A DNA stretch of 64,000 bases from positions 39,489-103,488 of the forward strand of contig JAHFJA010000002.1 of assembly GCA_023246095.1 (NCBI GenBank). Direction: 5' to 3'. This document shows positions 40,132-50,508 of this stretch, one piece after another. The DNA is from a bacterium (GTDB lineage: Bacteria; Patescibacteriota; Patescibacteriia; JACQRZ01). Under the pieces are notes generated by a model that was not told where the DNA came from, searched no databases, and saw nothing but the letters and a program-made list of their open reading frames with translations. The first letter of the stretch is position 1. Every line of letters starts with the position of its first letter. A program made the translations under genes and the position numbers.

Positions 40132-43100
40132 TTATTCCTGCTCTAGTGATGGCGGTTGCGCTACCTGGCCATCCTTCAAGAGTTCGACATCTAACGCAAG
40201 ACCTTTGAGCTCGCGAACGAGCACGTTAAATGCTTCAGGGACGTTTTGTTTGATAATTTTTTCACCCTTGATAATTGCTTCGTATGCTTTCGAGCGACCC
40301 TGGACGTCGTCGGATTTGATCGTCAAAATTTCTTGCAGCGTGTGTGCTGCACCGTATGCTTCCAACGCCCATACTTCCATTTCTCCAAAACGCTGACCAC
40401 CTTGCTGAGCTTTACCTCCCAAAGGCTGCTGAGTAATCAACGAGTACGGACCAATTGAACGCTGGTGAATCTTATCTTCAACCATGTGATTAAGTTTAAC
40501 CATATACATAACCCCCACCACTGTTGGCTGATCAAATGATTCGCCGGTACGGCCATCATACAGTTGTACTTTCCCGTTGGTCGGATGATTCGCTTTAGCA
40601 AGTTCTGCACTAATGATGTCTTCCGGAATACCATCGAGAACCGGTGTTGCAACTTTATACCCCAGCGTGTTGGCAGCCAGACCAAGGTGGATTTCGAGAA
40701 TCTGTCCAAGGTTCATACGTGAAACAACACCCAGTGGACTCAACATGATATCAATCGGCGTTCCATCCGCCATGAACGGCATATCTTCCTGAGCTACCAC
40801 ACGAGAGATAACACCTTTGTTTCCGTGACGTCCCGCCATCTTATCACCAACCTGAATCTTACGAAGGTTTGCAACCGTAACTTGGACTGTCTTAAGTACT
40901 CCCGCGGTAAGCTTATCCCCTTGTTCACGTGAAAATATTTTTACATCAATAACTTTTCCGCGTTCTCCGTGTTCAAGATAAAGAGAAGAGTCGCGAACAT
41001 CTTTTGCTTTTTCTCCAAAAATTGCGCGCAATAATTTTTCTTCCGGCGATAATTCAGTTTCACCCTTCGGTGTAATTTTTCCTACAAGAATGTCGCCCGC
41101 TGATACTTCTGCACCGACGCGGACGATACCATCTTCATCAAGGTCTTTGAGTTTTTCTTCAGACACGTTTGGAATATCGCGAGTGATGATTTCAGGACCA
41201 AGTTTTGTGTCGCGCACTGCCAATGTGTAGTCTTCGATGTGAATAGAAGTGAATCGATCACGCTGAACAAGCCGTTCTGAAACAAGAATAGCGTCTTCAT
41301 AGTTACCACCCTCCCATGACATGAATCCAACCACGACATTTTGTCCCAGAGCAAGCTCTCCCCCTTCAGTGGCGGGACCATCTGCCAACACCTGTCCTTT
41401 TGTCACGCGGTCATTGAGACTAATGATTGGTTTTTGGTTTATACATGTGGAGTTGTTTGATCGTTGAAATTTTACCAAGTCATAGTTGTACACTTCATTG
41501 TCGTCTCCCTGAATACTGATCCGATCCGCTTCAACTCCTACAATCGTTCCATCAGCATCCGCAATAGCCAAGTGCCCTGAGTCATATGCAGCACGAGCTT
41601 CAACACCTGTTCCAATAATCGGTGACTGTGGACGCACCAAAGAAACGGCCTGACGTTGCATGTTTGTTCCCATCAATGCACGAGTTGCATCGTCATGTTC
41701 CAAAAATGGAATCAATGAAGTCGCCACACTCACAATCTGGTTCGGTGCAACGTCCATGAAGTCTATATTATGAGTGTTATCAATGGACGGATAACCACGA
41801 CGACGTACTTCAGCACGATCGGTGAGGAAATAACCTTTTTCATCAATAGGAGTCGTTGCGGCAGTAGTCGTATACTTTTCTTCCATGAATGCATCAAGAT
41901 GCACGATCTCCGCTGTTGCGCGAGGGTTAACCCAGATATGAGAAATCGCGTCTTTATGAGTTGCAAGTTTTTTTGCAAGACTGTCAGTCACCTGTTCGCC
42001 TGCCTTTGCAAGAACTTCACCGGTTGAAGGATGTTTGACTTCTACTCGAATAATTTCCCCAAGGGTCTGTTCCTCGTTGTTTTCAATCTTTGATTTCACG
42101 CGACGATAGGGTGTTTCAATAAACCCAAACTCGTTCAAACGAGCGTATGATGCCAAGTGGCCTACCAAACCAATGTTTGGACCTTCAGGAGTAGCAATAG
42201 GACAGATACGACCGTAGTGAGTTGCGTGCACGTCACGAACTTCAAAACCTGCTCGTTCACGAGAAAGTCCTCCTGGCCCCAATGCCGACAAACGACGTTT
42301 GTGCTCAAGCTCTGCAAGCGGATTCGTCTGATCCATGAACTGGGAAAGCTGAGATGACATGAAAAATTCTTTCACCGCACCAATGACCGGTCGTGCGTTG
42401 ATAAGTTTTGTTGGACTTAGATGATCAATATCTAATGTGCTCATACGATCCTTAACGATGCGCTCCATACGCACCAGACCGATACGAAAACGGTTTTGAA
42501 CCTGCTCACCAATAGCGCGAATACGACGATTGCCAAGGTGGTCAATATCATCGGGTTCTTTTTGTGAATTGTTGTATGAAATGATTTCGCTAATGACATG
42601 AGCGACATCTTCAGGACGCATAATACGTCCATCTTTTTTACGTGCAGGAATATCTTCATCAAAACGCTGGTTCATTTTATGGCGTCCTACTGCACCCAAA
42701 TCATATCGGTCAAAACGGAAGAACATATCGTGCACAAGCTGACGTGCATTTTCTGGTGTTGCCATGTCTCCAGGACGCACGCGACGGTAAATTTCAACCA
42801 GTCCGCTGGCTTCGTCGGTAGCCGTATCTTTCAAAAGAGTGGCTTCTATGTGTTGGTTGTCAGGGTGTGTATCGACAGCCTTGAACAAATCAATGATCTG
42901 TTCACTCGATCCATAGCCCATAGCACGGAGAAGTGAGGTTGCGGCAACTTTTCTCTTGCGATCAATCTTTACCCAGATGACATTGTTTTCATCGGTTTCA
43001 AATTCAAGCCACGCACCACGGTTTGGAATGATTTTTGCACCATAATAACTCCGTTCTGAACCACGGAGATGCTCTGAAGTAAAAAATACTCCCGCTGAAC

Positions 43101-43503
43101 GGATAAGCTGTGAGACGATAACGCGTTCCACTCCGTTAATCACAAACGTTCCCCTATCCGTCATGATAGGAAAATCACCCAAATATATGTCTTGTTCCTT
43201 AACTTCCTCAGTACGTTTGTTTATCAAACGTGTCTTTACCCACAGTGCACTTTCAAATGTAAGATTCTTTGCACGACTTGTTTTTTCGTCAAACTTCGGT
43301 TCGTCGAGGTAATAGTCTAAAAAATATAATTCGATGTCTCGTCCAATGAAATCCTTGATAGGAGAAATTTCATCGAGAAGCTCGCGTAACCCTGTGTCTA
43401 AAAACCAATGATACGAATCGCGCTGCACTTCGATGAGATTAGGGAGCTGCTGGATGTTATGCTCCTTAGTAAAGTACTTCCGACGGGAAGGAGTCGTCGC
43501 CAT
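40132..43503 (-). CDS. rpoB: RNA polymerase beta subunit
   Basis: SQFMDQTNP, GDKMAGRHGNKG, GQRFGEMEVWALE; likely start MATTP (ORF open to 43530). Confidence 0.99.
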   Translation of the reverse strand: MATTPSRRKYFTKEHNIQQLPNLIEVQRDSYHWFLDTGLRELLDEISPIKDFIGRDIELYFLDYYLDEPKFDEKTSRAKNLTFESALWVKTRLINKRTEEVKEQDIYLGDFPIMTDRGTFVINGVERVIVSQLIRSAGVFFTSEHLRGSERSYYGAKIIPNRGAWLEFETDENNVIWVKIDRKRKVAATSLLRAMGYGSSEQIIDLFKAVDTHPDNQHIEATLLKDTATDEASGLVEIYRRVRPGDMATPENARQLVHDMFFRFDRYDLGAVGRHKMNQRFDEDIPARKKDGRIMRPEDVAHVISEIISYNNSQKEPDDIDHLGNRRIRAIGEQVQNRFRIGLVRMERIVKDRMSTLDIDHLSPTKLINARPVIGAVKEFFMSSQLSQFMDQTNPLAELEHKRRLSALGPGGLSRERAGFEVRDVHATHYGRICPIATPEGPNIGLVGHLASYARLNEFGFIETPYRRVKSKIENNEEQTLGEIIRVEVKHPSTGEVLAKAGEQVTDSLAKKLATHKDAISHIWVNPRATAEIVHLDAFMEEKYTTTAATTPIDEKGYFLTDRAEVRRRGYPSIDNTHNIDFMDVAPNQIVSVATSLIPFLEHDDATRALMGTNMQRQAVSLVRPQSPIIGTGVEARAAYDSGHLAIADADGTIVGVEADRISIQGDDNEVYNYDLVKFQRSNNSTCINQKPIISLNDRVTKGQVLADGPATEGGELALGQNVVVGFMSWEGGNYEDAILVSERLVQRDRFTSIHIEDYTLAVRDTKLGPEIITRDIPNVSEEKLKDLDEDGIVRVGAEVSAGDILVGKITPKGETELSPEEKLLRAIFGEKAKDVRDSSLYLEHGERGKVIDVKIFSREQGDKLTAGVLKTVQVTVANLRKIQVGDKMAGRHGNKGVISRVVAQEDMPFMADGTPIDIMLSPLGVVSRMNLGQILEIHLGLAANTLGYKVATPVLDGIPEDIISAELAKANHPTNGKVQLYDGRTGESFDQPTVVGVMYMVKLNHMVEDKIHQRSIGPYSLITQQPLGGKAQQGGQRFGEMEVWALEAYGAAHTLQEILTIKSDDVQGRSKAYEAIIKGEKIIKQNVPEAFNVLVRELKGLALDVELLKDGQVAQPPSLEQE

Positions 43504-43806
43504 ATAGTGGTGATAAAACTTAGCCTGCACCGGTCGTGCTCCTATATATAGAGGTCACGGCTAAAAGCGCGAGCATGGAGAGTTAAAAAGGGTGCGCCCA
43601 TACCAGACAATAGGGCAAAAGGAAATCACTCCTCTCTTTTGCTTACTACTATCATACGGCTGCCACGATAAAAGCTATGTAAGAACAAAAAATGCCCACC
43701 CAACAGGGGTGAGGAATTAAACCCGACTAAAATGATTGTGCCAAACGTGAAAATCCCATGGTATGCTTCCTTCCTTTATTACAACAAGAAGCGGTGTGTA
43801 TAAGCC

Positions 43807-43834
43807 ATACTACCAGAATTTCGGAGAAAGTCAA
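43807..43834 (-). promoter_or_regulatory. putative rpoB promoter giving a ~300-nt leader
   Basis: TTGACT-16bp-TAGTAT with extended TG. Confidence 0.5.
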
Positions 43835-44012
43835 GGAGAATAGGAGCAAGTAGGGCTGTCAACAAGGACAAGAAGCACTATTCATTATATTTTAGGCCCT
43901 TAATCATAAGGTTTTCGTCCGAAAATACCTTGACATCGAGTCACTGCACACGAAAATGTATCAACAGTTGGACCCCCTTAGTGCACATGTTATCCACAGC
44001 CACGAATCCTTA

Positions 44013-45365
44013 TTATACTGAGGATTTGGTGTTTTGCTTGATTGCCAAACGTGCCTCTCTCCTCTCATCCCATGCCTCTTTAGAACCACCGTGCCCCATG
44101 ATTGCTTGTTCAGCACCCTTGCCTGTCAAAAGAACAAAATCGCCTGTTTTGGCCAAACTACAGGCCGTATTTATGGCCTGCCGTCGATCCTGTATCACGA
44201 AAAGATTCTGCCCTTCTATTTTACCACCCTCAATGGCACCTTCCGCAACCTGTCTCACAATAACCTCCGGGTCCTCATCATAGGGATCTTCATTGGTCAC
44301 AATGACAATATCTGCGAAACGAGCTGCCATACCTCCCAAGACAGGCCTGCGCGCTAAATCACGCCCACCACCCGCCGAACCCAAGACATGGATAAAACGT
44401 CCTGTAGACCCCTTATAGACCTTCTCGAGATAATCATAGAGCGCCTGCAACGATGCCGGCTCAGGTGCATAGTCCACTAGGACTCGATACTCTTGTCCTT
44501 CTTCGATCCACTCCATTCGCCCCGGCAGTCCATGAGTAGACTGAAGTGAATCACGAAGAGTATCAATGGAAATTCCCAACTCCTGGACTGTCACATAGGC
44601 CGCTGCACTATTATATACGTTAAATAATCCTTCTAAACCCGTCTGTATACGATATTGATCCAACTGGAATGATGATCCTTTCTCACTGAACTCAATATTT
44701 TTTATTTCATATTGATGACCAAGAGAGTGATTCACTAATGTGTTCACCCCAAATCCAACCTTCTTGTCTGCACCAAAACTAAGAAAATAGCCGGCGTGCT
44801 CATCGTCGGTATTGGCGATAATGACTTTAGGCACTGGATGACCATCAAGAGTCTTTCTATAGGACGATAAGAGCGTAGAAAATAATTTTGCCTTAGCCGC
44901 TTTGTACTTCTCAAAACCTCCATGCGACTCTATGTGCTCAGGGGTCAAATTGGTAAAAAGTGCAACGTCAACATCAATACCGGCAAGCCTCCCTTGCACC
45001 AAACCCTCCGACGAAACTTCTATAACAGCGTGGGTGCATCCGTCTTTCACCATATCGGCAAGAAGAGACTGTAATTGGCTGCGTCCCAACATTGTCATTT
45101 TTGATGTATTTACCCATTCTCGCTCCCCCACCCGAAACATCACACTACTGGCAAGACCAACCTTCTTACCCGCCGCTTTCAAGAGATCGGCAATAAGAAT
45201 ACATGTGGTACTTTTTCCATTCGTGCCCGTAACGCCAACCACGATCAATTTCCGTGAAGGAAAACCATATCTCCATGCAGCAAAAAAAGTAAGGACCGTA
45301 TGATAGAGACGGAATAGTCCTTTTGGCGCAACCGCACGAATAATGTTTTTTATAGTATGAATCAT
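44013..45365 (-). CDS. murE: UDP-MurNAc-tripeptide ligase MurE
   Basis: GVTGTNGKST, EVSS, FTNLTPEH, PGRME, GKGAE. Confidence 0.93.
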   Translation of the reverse strand: MIHTIKNIIRAVAPKGLFRLYHTVLTFFAAWRYGFPSRKLIVVGVTGTNGKSTTCILIADLLKAAGKKVGLASSVMFRVGEREWVNTSKMTMLGRSQLQSLLADMVKDGCTHAVIEVSSEGLVQGRLAGIDVDVALFTNLTPEHIESHGGFEKYKAAKAKLFSTLLSSYRKTLDGHPVPKVIIANTDDEHAGYFLSFGADKKVGFGVNTLVNHSLGHQYEIKNIEFSEKGSSFQLDQYRIQTGLEGLFNVYNSAAAYVTVQELGISIDTLRDSLQSTHGLPGRMEWIEEGQEYRVLVDYAPEPASLQALYDYLEKVYKGSTGRFIHVLGSAGGGRDLARRPVLGGMAARFADIVIVTNEDPYDEDPEVIVRQVAEGAIEGGKIEGQNLFVIQDRRQAINTACSLAKTGDFVLLTGKGAEQAIMGHGGSKEAWDERREARLAIKQNTKSSV

Positions 45366-45913
45366 ACACCAATAAGTTTACGAAAAACTTGCACCGTCGC
45401 TTTCACATCATCAAGCGCACGATGAGTGGGACGATGAGAAATATTAAAATACGACGACATGGATGCGAGACTGTAACTTGGTAAATACAGCACTTTCTTT
45501 GCAATAAGTCGCGTATCCAAAATATGCCTATATTCAAGTGGCATACTATGCCGTATAGCTTGAAAATGCAATATCGGCAAGTCAAACGCTTTAACATTCT
45601 GACCTCCTACGATCCCCTCACCCAAGAATGAATTAAACTCATTCAAAACCTCTCTCATGGGAACACCTTGCGAGCGTAACGTATCGGGGTCAAGATTGTT
45701 TACTCCAAACGCTCCCCTGTCAGGGATGCCATCAAAATACACATACCGATGAAACGGTATTCCCACCGGTTCTTCTTTGGACAAAAGTTCGCCAGGTGAA
45801 AATTTTAATGCTCCAATTTCCAAAACGTCGGTGCTTACCGCAAGACCGTTTGTTTCAAGGTCAAAAAAAATAACCGAGTAATCAGAGATAAGTTCATGGA
45901 TTTCTTGCATCAT
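45362..45913 (-). CDS. DEDDh 3'-5' exonuclease (DnaQ-like)
   Basis: FDLET, N..FD, LDT, HRALDD. Confidence 0.9.
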   Translation of the reverse strand: MMQEIHELISDYSVIFFDLETNGLAVSTDVLEIGALKFSPGELLSKEEPVGIPFHRYVYFDGIPDRGAFGVNNLDPDTLRSQGVPMREVLNEFNSFLGEGIVGGQNVKAFDLPILHFQAIRHSMPLEYRHILDTRLIAKKVLYLPSYSLASMSSYFNISHRPTHRALDDVKATVQVFRKLIGV

Positions 45914-46869
45914 AATGATCGCTTTACATGGCGCAATAACGTATAGAGAATATATGGAAGTTTCTTAAATGGTATATCAAATGTTCCTGGATAGGTTATC
46001 ACTTCTCCCCCAAACCCTTTCTTGAATCGCGTTACCCCCGCAAGCGGATGAGTGGAACTATCATCAGGAGCTACGCCCCAGAAATCATAATATCTATATC
46101 CTACATTTTTCGCATCGACCATGGCCTGCCACTGTAACAGATACGGTGCCATAACTTCTTTGTGCTCTTGCGTACTCGCACCGTAAAGGTAATACATAGT
46201 ATCACCGAAACCCACCATCACTGCCATTGCCACAACGCTCCCTTGCCATTTTGCCTGATAGAGCGTGATATACGGAAAACTGGTCAGAAGTTTCTGGTAA
46301 TACTCGCGTGAATGCACTGATATCTTATTGCGCTTTGCCGTCTCACTGCTTAACGCCCACCACATGGCAAGTTCATCCGAGGTTATTTCATTATATTTTT
46401 TTGCCGCCACTATAACTCCTTTCTTTTGAGAAAGATGAATATTGTATCGCGTTTTTGGATGCATTACCGACAACAGTTCATTTTCTGTTTTTGAAAGATC
46501 AACAATGCGTGTGTGTGAAGGTTCCACGTCGCGAACATGCGTCGCTTTCATTGGTACAGACTCAATTGGTTCTATGCGCGCAAATTGTGCACCTTGTTCA
46601 TGTGACCATTTGATAAATTCTTTTGACCAGACATCGCTTGGTACACCAACAGGACCACGAGGACACATCAAATAAAACATGGTTCCCTTAAGAGGATACG
46701 CGATAGCCAGACAACGAACCGATTCTTTTTGTTCACCCCCTCCTAGATACCACACACGCCTCCCTAGTGATTTTTGAAATACTCCCCATTCATAGGATTG
46801 CAAAAACTGAGCATGGGGCTGTCCTGCTATATATGCATTCCATTCTTGTGGAGTACCGGAAAATTCCAT
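45910..46869 (-). CDS. FemAB/FemX-family peptidoglycan bridge transferase
   Basis: FLQSYEW, PRGP, KTRYNI, YLYGAS, YDFWG, FKKGFGG. Confidence 0.93.
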   Translation of the reverse strand: MEFSGTPQEWNAYIAGQPHAQFLQSYEWGVFQKSLGRRVWYLGGGEQKESVRCLAIAYPLKGTMFYLMCPRGPVGVPSDVWSKEFIKWSHEQGAQFARIEPIESVPMKATHVRDVEPSHTRIVDLSKTENELLSVMHPKTRYNIHLSQKKGVIVAAKKYNEITSDELAMWWALSSETAKRNKISVHSREYYQKLLTSFPYITLYQAKWQGSVVAMAVMVGFGDTMYYLYGASTQEHKEVMAPYLLQWQAMVDAKNVGYRYYDFWGVAPDDSSTHPLAGVTRFKKGFGGEVITYPGTFDIPFKKLPYILYTLLRHVKRSL

Positions 46870-46873
46870 GAGA

Positions 46874-47455
46874 TTATCCTTTACTTAATAGCTGCAATGC
46901 CGCCTTGAGTCTGTTTTGCATACCAATAATGTCGGGAGACATTTCATTGATTACTATTTGGACATTATGGACGGAATATCCAAGACCTACCAACGCATCA
47001 ATCACATCGGCATCATCACGATACGATTGATCGCCATCCGTATCTACTCCATATTCTTTTGCCAAACGTTCTTTGAGTTCAAGAACGACACGCTGTGCTG
47101 TTTTTTGTCCAATCCCGGGAACTCGCTGCAATAAACTTGCATCGCCGTTGATGATGGCACTACGGAGATGACTCGAAGAAGCAACATTGAGTGCAGCCAC
47201 TCCTGTCTTTGGCCCCACCCCACTTACCGAGATAAGGTGCGTAAATAACTCAAGGTCTTGCTGATTTGAAAAACCATAAAGCTCACGCGCATCCTCACGA
47301 ATATGTTCGTGAATATATAACTGAAGTTGTTCACCCACCGATACCTCATGAGTAACAGAAAAAGAAGTATACACAATATACCCCACTCCATATACTTCTA
47401 ACAAAAGTGTGGGGGGCGTTATTGTGTGTACTGTACCGTTGAGATATCCAATCAT
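46874..47455 (-). CDS. ruvA: Holliday junction helicase subunit RuvA
   Basis: MIGYLNG, GVGY, LYGF, VSGVGPK, VPGIGQKTA, ALVGLGY. Confidence 0.97.
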   Translation of the reverse strand: MIGYLNGTVHTITPPTLLLEVYGVGYIVYTSFSVTHEVSVGEQLQLYIHEHIREDARELYGFSNQQDLELFTHLISVSGVGPKTGVAALNVASSSHLRSAIINGDASLLQRVPGIGQKTAQRVVLELKERLAKEYGVDTDGDQSYRDDADVIDALVGLGYSVHNVQIVINEMSPDIIGMQNRLKAALQLLSKG

Positions 47456-47460
47456 AATAA

Positions 47461-50376
47461 TTATTCCAAAGATACCTGTACGTTATAACTCTCAAGTTTT
47501 ATAGGAGTCATACTTTCTTTCGCTTCCCCTACAACTACTGATGATGCTGATACCTGACGAACAAGATCCTCGCTGTTTCGAAGTACGAGTTCTTCAATTT
47601 CCGCATCCGCATGAATAGTTACAACAACGCGATCTTGAATCGTCAGCCCTTTATCTTTACGTAACGCATTTATCTGTCGCACTATATCGCGAAGCAAACC
47701 CTCTTCTCTCAACTCTTCAGTTATCAGCGTATCCAACACAACAGAATAATGAGAGTCATCACTACTTTCTATTGTGGAACCAGCGGGAAGTTGTTCCACC
47801 AACTCTATGCGTTTCACGTTTACCTCTTCAGAAAGAAGATAGTATAGATCAGAATCAATTGAGGTCTTGGTGATGTACAGCGTGTTTAGTGGTTGTCGAA
47901 CCTTGATACCCGCTTTGGAACGAACTGAGAGGGCACGCTCGATCAATATGCGAACTGTTTCCATTTGTTCGATGTTTTCTCTATGCACGAGTTCGGGAGA
48001 AAATGCCGGCCATGTTTCCAAATGAACCGATGGTTTTTTTGCACTCCACGGGCCAAGACCTCGATATACTTCATCGGCCATGAATGGACATAGTGGTGCC
48101 AACAATTTTGCCGTCTCGCGCAAAATGAAAAATAACGTTGCCCCCGCGTCAATCCGGCTATCCGCCGATTCATCTTTGATGCGATCACGAATACGTCGAA
48201 CATACCATTGGGAAAGTTCGGTGATGAATTCAGACACTATTCGCGTAGCAGCAGACAGATCATAACTTTCCAACCTTTCGGTCATTTCTTGTACAGTAAG
48301 TTCAAGCCTTGATAGAGCCCAGCGATCAAGCGGGTCGCGAACCGTACTCATGTCATACCCTTCAAACTGTTCCGGTGTAGGAAAATACATCGAGTAAAAC
48401 GTAAATACATTCCAAAAAGTATTTACCACTTTGCTATATACTTCACGCACTTCCTTTTCGGAAAAATTTAAATCTTCAGATTTTACAATGGGCGATGACA
48501 TAAGATAAAACCGTAGTGCATCAGCACCATACTCATTCATCACCGCCATGGGGTCAGGATAGTTTTGCAATCGCTTGCTCATTTTTTGTCCGTCTTCGGC
48601 GAGCACAATGCCGTTTACCAAAACATTTTTAAACGCCTGCTTTCCTACAAACGCACTTGAGATGACGTTAAGATAATAAAACCAACAACGAGTCTGATCG
48701 ACACCTTCTGCGATAAAATCGGCCGGAAAATTAACTCCCCCTTCCGGATCAAAATCTTCCAGTGGTTTCCCCAGATAATGATTCTGCGCAAATGGCATTG
48801 ATCCGGAATCAAACCATGTATCCAACACTTCCGGAATACGATTCATCTGCCCCCCACAAGAACACGGAAAAACAATGAGATCAACAATGTGTTTATGAAG
48901 ATCGTTAACTTCTTGTCCTGAACGTTCTTTGAGCTCAGCCAATGACCCAATCACCTCCACTGTGTCACAGTGATCACACTTCCAAACAGGCATGACCGAT
49001 GCCCAGAACCGTTCTCTTGAAATCGCCCAATCGCGCGCACCTTCAAGCCACTGTCCCGCGCGACCCTCTTTTAGGTGTGTAGGAAACCAGTACGTCTTAC
49101 TATTGTTATCAAGCAATGTATCCTTTACTTGGGTCACTTTCACAAACCATGAAGACTTTGCGTAATTTAATAACGGAGTATCACAACGCCAACAGTGCGG
49201 ATATGAGTGCTCATATTTTTCTTTGGAAAACAGTAGTTGTTTGCTCGCTAAGTATTTGATGATTTCTACATCAGCCGCTTGATGATCATCTTTTGATTTG
49301 ACGAGCTGTCCTGCCCAATCCGTCACATCTGCAGTAAAGCGGCCATCCATACCAACGTGTTGAATAAACGGTAAGTCCTTTTCTAGTCCAAGACGATAAT
49401 CATCTTCACCAAACGCCGGAGCAATATGGACAACACCAGTCCCATCAGTGTCCGTCACAAATGAAGCAGCCTGTATCGTGTACAGCTGTTCACTATTTTT
49501 CAAATTCTTATCTTGAAAAAAAGGAAACAGTGGTAGATATGTTTTACCGATATATGATTGGATATCAATACTGTGTTGCAGTACTGTATATGGTTTGTCT
49601 GAAAAAACTTTTTCAACGAGAACTGATGCAACAATATACTTGCCTCCCTCCCACTGGACAAGGTCATAATTAATTTCAGGATTTATTGCCAGCGCAACAT
49701 TTCCCGGCAACGTCCATGGTGTCGTTGTCCATGCAAGAAAATGCGTATCAGGTGAATCAGTGAGAGTAAACTTGGCGATAACAGAAAGATCCTTAATTGT
49801 CTTGTACCCTTCCGCAACTTCTGAATGTGATAATGTCGTCTCACATCGCGGGCAAATATGCATCGACTTGTACCCTTCATACACTAACCCTTTATTCCAC
49901 AACTCTTTAAACACCCACCACACAGATTCCATAAACCCCAGATCCATGGTCTTGTAGTCGTTATCCATATCAACCCAGCGACCAAGCCGTCTGATATATG
50001 ATTTCCAGTCTTGAGCATACTCCAATACTTTCGAACGGCATTGTTCGTTAAACTTGTCGACGCCATAGGCGACGATGTCCTTCTTTGATTGGAACCCCAA
50101 TTCTTTTTCTACAAGATTCTCAATAGGCAAACCATGACAATCCCACCCCCACCGGCGAGGAACATTAAATCCTTGCATTGTCTTGAATCGAGGGATAACA
50201 TCTTTCAAACAGCTCGCCACGATATGACCATAGTGAGGTAACCCCGTTGCAAAAGGAGGACCATCATAAAATACAAACGTCGGCGATTCTTTTCGCTGAT
50301 CAAGACTTTTTTGAAATATCTGCTCCTCTTCCCAGAAGGCCAAGATACGTTCTTCCATTGATGGTATTTCTTTCAT
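47461..50376 (-). CDS. ileS: isoleucyl-tRNA synthetase (type 2)
   Basis: DGPPFATGLPHYGH, WTTTPWTLP, KMSKR. Confidence 0.97.
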   Translation of the reverse strand: MKEIPSMEERILAFWEEEQIFQKSLDQRKESPTFVFYDGPPFATGLPHYGHIVASCLKDVIPRFKTMQGFNVPRRWGWDCHGLPIENLVEKELGFQSKKDIVAYGVDKFNEQCRSKVLEYAQDWKSYIRRLGRWVDMDNDYKTMDLGFMESVWWVFKELWNKGLVYEGYKSMHICPRCETTLSHSEVAEGYKTIKDLSVIAKFTLTDSPDTHFLAWTTTPWTLPGNVALAINPEINYDLVQWEGGKYIVASVLVEKVFSDKPYTVLQHSIDIQSYIGKTYLPLFPFFQDKNLKNSEQLYTIQAASFVTDTDGTGVVHIAPAFGEDDYRLGLEKDLPFIQHVGMDGRFTADVTDWAGQLVKSKDDHQAADVEIIKYLASKQLLFSKEKYEHSYPHCWRCDTPLLNYAKSSWFVKVTQVKDTLLDNNSKTYWFPTHLKEGRAGQWLEGARDWAISRERFWASVMPVWKCDHCDTVEVIGSLAELKERSGQEVNDLHKHIVDLIVFPCSCGGQMNRIPEVLDTWFDSGSMPFAQNHYLGKPLEDFDPEGGVNFPADFIAEGVDQTRCWFYYLNVISSAFVGKQAFKNVLVNGIVLAEDGQKMSKRLQNYPDPMAVMNEYGADALRFYLMSSPIVKSEDLNFSEKEVREVYSKVVNTFWNVFTFYSMYFPTPEQFEGYDMSTVRDPLDRWALSRLELTVQEMTERLESYDLSAATRIVSEFITELSQWYVRRIRDRIKDESADSRIDAGATLFFILRETAKLLAPLCPFMADEVYRGLGPWSAKKPSVHLETWPAFSPELVHRENIEQMETVRILIERALSVRSKAGIKVRQPLNTLYITKTSIDSDLYYLLSEEVNVKRIELVEQLPAGSTIESSDDSHYSVVLDTLITEELREEGLLRDIVRQINALRKDKGLTIQDRVVVTIHADAEIEELVLRNSEDLVRQVSASSVVVGEAKESMTPIKLESYNVQVSLE

Positions 50377-50508
50377 AAAAAAATAGACGATGATTACATA
50401 TCGTTATCCTACGACGAGAAGGCCGAAAAATCAAGTTATGCCCATGAAAATGACTCATTACTACTTCAAATATGCTATACTACAATATTGTCATAATATT
50501 ATTACCCT

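Noticed and set aside
43795-43998. Replication origin call
   Set aside because: Only two consensus DnaA boxes, no dnaA/dnaN nearby and no clear unwinding element
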